Virus record (IMG/VR): IMGVR_UViG_3300005613_000227
Length of the DNA stretch: 34,325 bases
Reading direction: 5' to 3' (one strand)
Source: a virus
How positions within the stretch are numbered: position 1 is the stretch's first letter; every line of letters starts with the position of its first letter. The notes below the pieces were generated by a model, which saw nothing but the letters and a program-made list of their open reading frames with translations, was not told the origin of the DNA and did no database searches. Of the stretch, positions 31,640-34,325 are shown piece after piece. Position numbers and translations under genes: made by a program.

Positions 31640-32251
31640 ATGTTTAAAGCAGTAGAGTTTGATAATACTGCTCAAGAGCGTATTAAAGAAGCTGCAGATT
31701 TCGAGAGAACTCTGAGGCTTGAGGCTTTAATTGGATTAGAGTCTGAGATTGAAGGCATCAAAATTCGTCAGATGACAGGTTTTGATGTCTTGCAGTTACA
31801 ATATGTCGAAAACAAACTAATAATCGGAGGAGTTCCTGACGAATCCGATTTTGCTCACTTCTTTTGGTTACTAAAATCCAAAGAAGAGAAAAGGTCTCAG
31901 GTAAAGTTGTTTAAATTTATAATTCAAAAGATGAAGAGCGTTGAGTTTATCAATGCAGTCTGCGATTACATAGATTATTGTTTTTTAGATTTACCACAAT
32001 CAGGAGGCTCAAAAGCAAGTTCGAGCTACAACGCAAGTTCTACTGTTTGGCTCAATGGGATAATCGATGGAATAGCCTCTGAATATGGTTGGACTTATGA
32101 GCAAATTCTTTCTGCTCCATTAGCTAGGATTTTGCAACTTTACCAATACTTGTTAAAAAGACAATTAGGGGATAAATATAAGATCAGGAATCCAATAACT
32201 GCTCAAGCATCTGCAAATGAACTCAATAAAATAAGGAACAACGATGGCTAA
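31640..32251 (+). CDS. Tail assembly chaperone-like protein
   Basis: 203 aa, directly upstream of the tape measure and overlapping it by 8 nt. Confidence 0.45.
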   Translation: MFKAVEFDNTAQERIKEAADFERTLRLEALIGLESEIEGIKIRQMTGFDVLQLQYVENKLIIGGVPDESDFAHFFWLLKSKEEKRSQVKLFKFIIQKMKSVEFINAVCDYIDYCFLDLPQSGGSKASSSYNASSTVWLNGIIDGIASEYGWTYEQILSAPLARILQLYQYLLKRQLGDKYKIRNPITAQASANELNKIRNNDG

Positions 32252-33761
32252 TTTTTCACTACTCGCAAAACTTGGACTCGATTCCAAATCATTTCAAAGG
32301 GGTTTAGATACTGCTAAGAAAAAGGCTCAAGGATTTCAAAGAAATCTTGGTAAGATATTTGCTGCAGGTGCTGCTCTAAGTGGGCTTGCTGCATTGGTCA
32401 GAAAGTCAATTGAGTTCGGTTCAGTTCAATCCGATGTTGCGAGTCAATTGAAGATTAACACAGAAGCCTTCCAAGTGTTCTCAGGAGCGATAAGAGATGC
32501 AGGAGGTTCTCAGTCACAAATGACTAAATCAATTATCGCAATGCAAGCTGCGATCGTTCAAGGTTCTGAAGGTTTGACAACTTATCTAAGAGCTTTTGAA
32601 AGATTAGGATTAGACATTAATTATATAAGAGGTTTATCTCCTGAAAAACAATTTGAGGAAATAGCAAAAGCCGTAGCAACTGCAAAAGATCAGCAAGGAG
32701 CATTTACGGCAGTTGTTGAAATATTTGGTAGAAGGAATGCTCCTCAACTTATTGAAGTAATGGAGAGACTTGCAAAAGAAGGATTTGGAGGATTAGCCGA
32801 AGAGATAAAAAGAACTTACGGCATAATGGATTCAGAGACTCAAAAAGCCTTAGATGCGATGGCTGATAGGTTTGGGCAGTTGGAAACGAAGACAACAAAT
32901 GTTTTAGGAGAACTTACAGTCAGAGTCGCAGGTTTTGTTTCTTATATTTTAGGACATCCATTAAAATTATTAACTTCAGGATTGATTCAACTCGGAGCTT
33001 CTATTTCAAATTATCTAAACTTAATCTTTGATCATTTAGTTGATGCGGCACAATTTGCTTTTGAAGCAGTAGCCAAAGAATCAAAAGTTGTTGGGAAGAT
33101 AATACTCAAAGCACTCAAGGGAGATTTTCAGGGAGTATTAAAAGAGGTTAAAAACTTTGGAAAGGGAACTGAAGATGCTCAAGAAAAATTAGGAAACAGG
33201 TTAGATAGAAACTCAAGAAGGTTCACAGGAAGAATGACAAAAGTTTTTAAAACATCTGACAGAGTTTTGGAGAATTTTATGAAAAAATCAAATGAAGCCT
33301 TCAATGATATGACAGGCAACTTTGATGCCAATATCAAAAAAGCAAATGATTTGTCAGATGCAATAGGAAATATTCCTGAAACTCCAACAGAAAAAGCAGA
33401 AGGAGAAGGAGACGGAGACGGCACAGGAGGCACAGGAGCAAAAGAAGATAAATTCGCACAGGCGAGAAGTGTCGCAAGAGAAGCATTCAAAGCGAGTGGA
33501 GGAGATTTAGCGAAGTTGGGAACTGCAATCCTTCAAGAGAAAGGAAAGGCAGGTAGTCGCATTGAGCAATTCAGAACTGTTGGAGGCGAAGAAAGATTTA
33601 GAAGATTTGATGGAGGAAGGGTCTCAGGAGAGTTCACAAGAGAACAGATTTCTGCAGCAATCGGTAAATCGGCACAAGAGGAAGTTGGTGGAGAAGGAGC
33701 TATCGAAAATTTATTGGAATCAATAAAAACAACCTTAGAAGGCAAGTTTAAGAATGAGTAG
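32244..33761 (+). CDS. Tail tape measure protein
   Basis: 505 aa, helical. The N-terminal half (FGSVQSDVASQLKINTEAFQVFSGAIRDAGG...AVVEIFGRRNAPQLIEVMERLAKEG) matches the usual tape-measure core. Confidence 0.8.
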   Translation: MANFSLLAKLGLDSKSFQRGLDTAKKKAQGFQRNLGKIFAAGAALSGLAALVRKSIEFGSVQSDVASQLKINTEAFQVFSGAIRDAGGSQSQMTKSIIAMQAAIVQGSEGLTTYLRAFERLGLDINYIRGLSPEKQFEEIAKAVATAKDQQGAFTAVVEIFGRRNAPQLIEVMERLAKEGFGGLAEEIKRTYGIMDSETQKALDAMADRFGQLETKTTNVLGELTVRVAGFVSYILGHPLKLLTSGLIQLGASISNYLNLIFDHLVDAAQFAFEAVAKESKVVGKIILKALKGDFQGVLKEVKNFGKGTEDAQEKLGNRLDRNSRRFTGRMTKVFKTSDRVLENFMKKSNEAFNDMTGNFDANIKKANDLSDAIGNIPETPTEKAEGEGDGDGTGGTGAKEDKFAQARSVAREAFKASGGDLAKLGTAILQEKGKAGSRIEQFRTVGGEERFRRFDGGRVSGEFTREQISAAIGKSAQEEVGGEGAIENLLESIKTTLEGKFKNE

Positions 33762-34325
33762 GCTTTTTGATTTCCCTGAATCTTTTCAAAACGATGAAAA
33801 TGCAATCTTATTAATAGATGCTAATAATTCGGTTTACCAACCTAATGATGTAAGCGATGGAGTTGTTTATGTTGAGAAATATTTAGTAAGAAAAGGCAAA
33901 TTTAGAGAAACTGAAAGACTTGATGAGAATGAAAATTTGGTTGCAAGCACAATTCGTCCAAATGCTTTTTTGGTAGATGAAACAAACTTCCAAGATATTG
34001 GAGGAGGCTTACAAACCTTTGAGAGGCATTATGCAACATTTCCCTCTAGTTGGTATGACTTCCAAGAAGTGTCTTATAGGACAGTTTATTGGGGTGCTAT
34101 AAATTGGAGAAGCAGATCAGGTACAGGAGCGACTTGGCAAACAGAAAGAAAAGTATTGGCAAAAGCAACTCGATATTACTTATCGCATAAAGATATTCCT
34201 ACGGATAAAGTTCCTGAAGATAATCTACAAGCAACAAAATTTGCTGATAGGTTTGATATTTATTATGCCTTTGAACCTGAGGGAAGATTAGGAAGAAATT
34301 GGGAAGATTATATCCCTGATCCAAA
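33754..34325 (+). CDS. Wrap-around tail-tip protein, N-terminal part (continues at 124..214 in the circular genome)
   Basis: The ATG overlaps the tape-measure stop (ATGAGTAG). The frame is open to the window end. It is a paralog of 214..1329. Confidence 0.7.
   Translation, partial: MSRLFDFPESFQNDENAILLIDANNSVYQPNDVSDGVVYVEKYLVRKGKFRETERLDENENLVASTIRPNAFLVDETNFQDIGGGLQTFERHYATFPSSWYDFQEVSYRTVYWGAINWRSRSGTGATWQTERKVLAKATRYYLSHKDIPTDKVPEDNLQATKFADRFDIYYAFEPEGRLGRNWEDYIPDP
34203..34325. repeat. Terminal direct repeat, copy B (identical to 1..123)
   Basis: Base-for-base identity with the window start. Confidence 0.9.

Noticed and set aside
31640-32251. Expected G/GT-type -1 frameshift in the tail chaperone gene
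   Set aside because: No alternative-frame ORF extends from this gene. The TTTAAAT string near 31910 is not in the X_XXY_YYZ register.
33179-33805. Minus-strand ORFs 33179..33490 and 33533..33805, and similar antisense ORFs at 31274..31528, 29113..29367, 25202..26124, 14388..15563, 12371..12992, 9129..9488 and 6320..6935
   Set aside because: All are antisense to long, well-supported + strand genes. They lack leader or promoter signals and have low-complexity translations.
1-34325. Lysogeny module, tRNAs, CRISPR array, diversity-generating retroelement
   Set aside because: No integrase-, recombinase- or reverse-transcriptase-like ORF was recognised. No cloverleaf-like GC-rich segment was seen in the intergenic regions. 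No repeat-spacer structure was seen. This was a scan by eye only, so small RNAs cannot be excluded.

Overview
The window is a complete, circularly closed, AT-rich tailed-phage genome that looks siphovirus-like. Bases 1..123 are identical to 34203..34325 and the repeat lies inside a gene, so the unique length is 34,202 bp. Nearly all genes are on the + strand. In window order the modules are: (i) a tail-tip/fibre cluster (2..6548) that continues from the tape measure at the window end; (ii) a membrane-protein cluster that may be a lysis cassette (6548..8339); (iii) a small divergent minus-strand operon (8391..8839); (iv) an early/replication region (8983..15910) with dNMP kinase, lysozyme-like enzyme, RHH protein, SSB-like protein, PD-(D/E)XK exonuclease, resolvase-like nuclease and primase-helicase; (v) an AT-rich island of five ORFans (16208..18173); (vi) a non-coding array of TTGGAAA/TTTCCAA repeats (18230..18476); (vii) a lambda-like packaging/head module in Nu1-A-W-B-C-D-E order (19381..28323); (viii) a moron with an early-type promoter (28491..28970); (ix) a head-tail/tail module containing a GT2-TPR glycosyltransferase, tail tube, chaperone and tape measure (29041..33761). 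No integrase, tRNA, CRISPR array, reverse transcriptase or RNA polymerase gene was recognised. The most unusual signals are regulatory. A conserved TTAACCTTA leader box replaces Shine-Dalgarno sequences in front of early/accessory genes. A single inverted copy of that box sits next to a strong terminator downstream of terL and could be an anti-leader RNA. Early promoter cassettes recur with phased T-tracts and tandem GTTAAAC boxes. The iteron-like array is dense and 11-bp phased. At the protein level, the notable items are a large head protease-scaffold polyprotein carrying a HiPIP-like Cys4 motif, a PEP-CTERM-like tail on a phage protein, and the glycosyltransferase embedded among virion genes. 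All functional calls rest on motif recognition by eye and on synteny. No database search was run.
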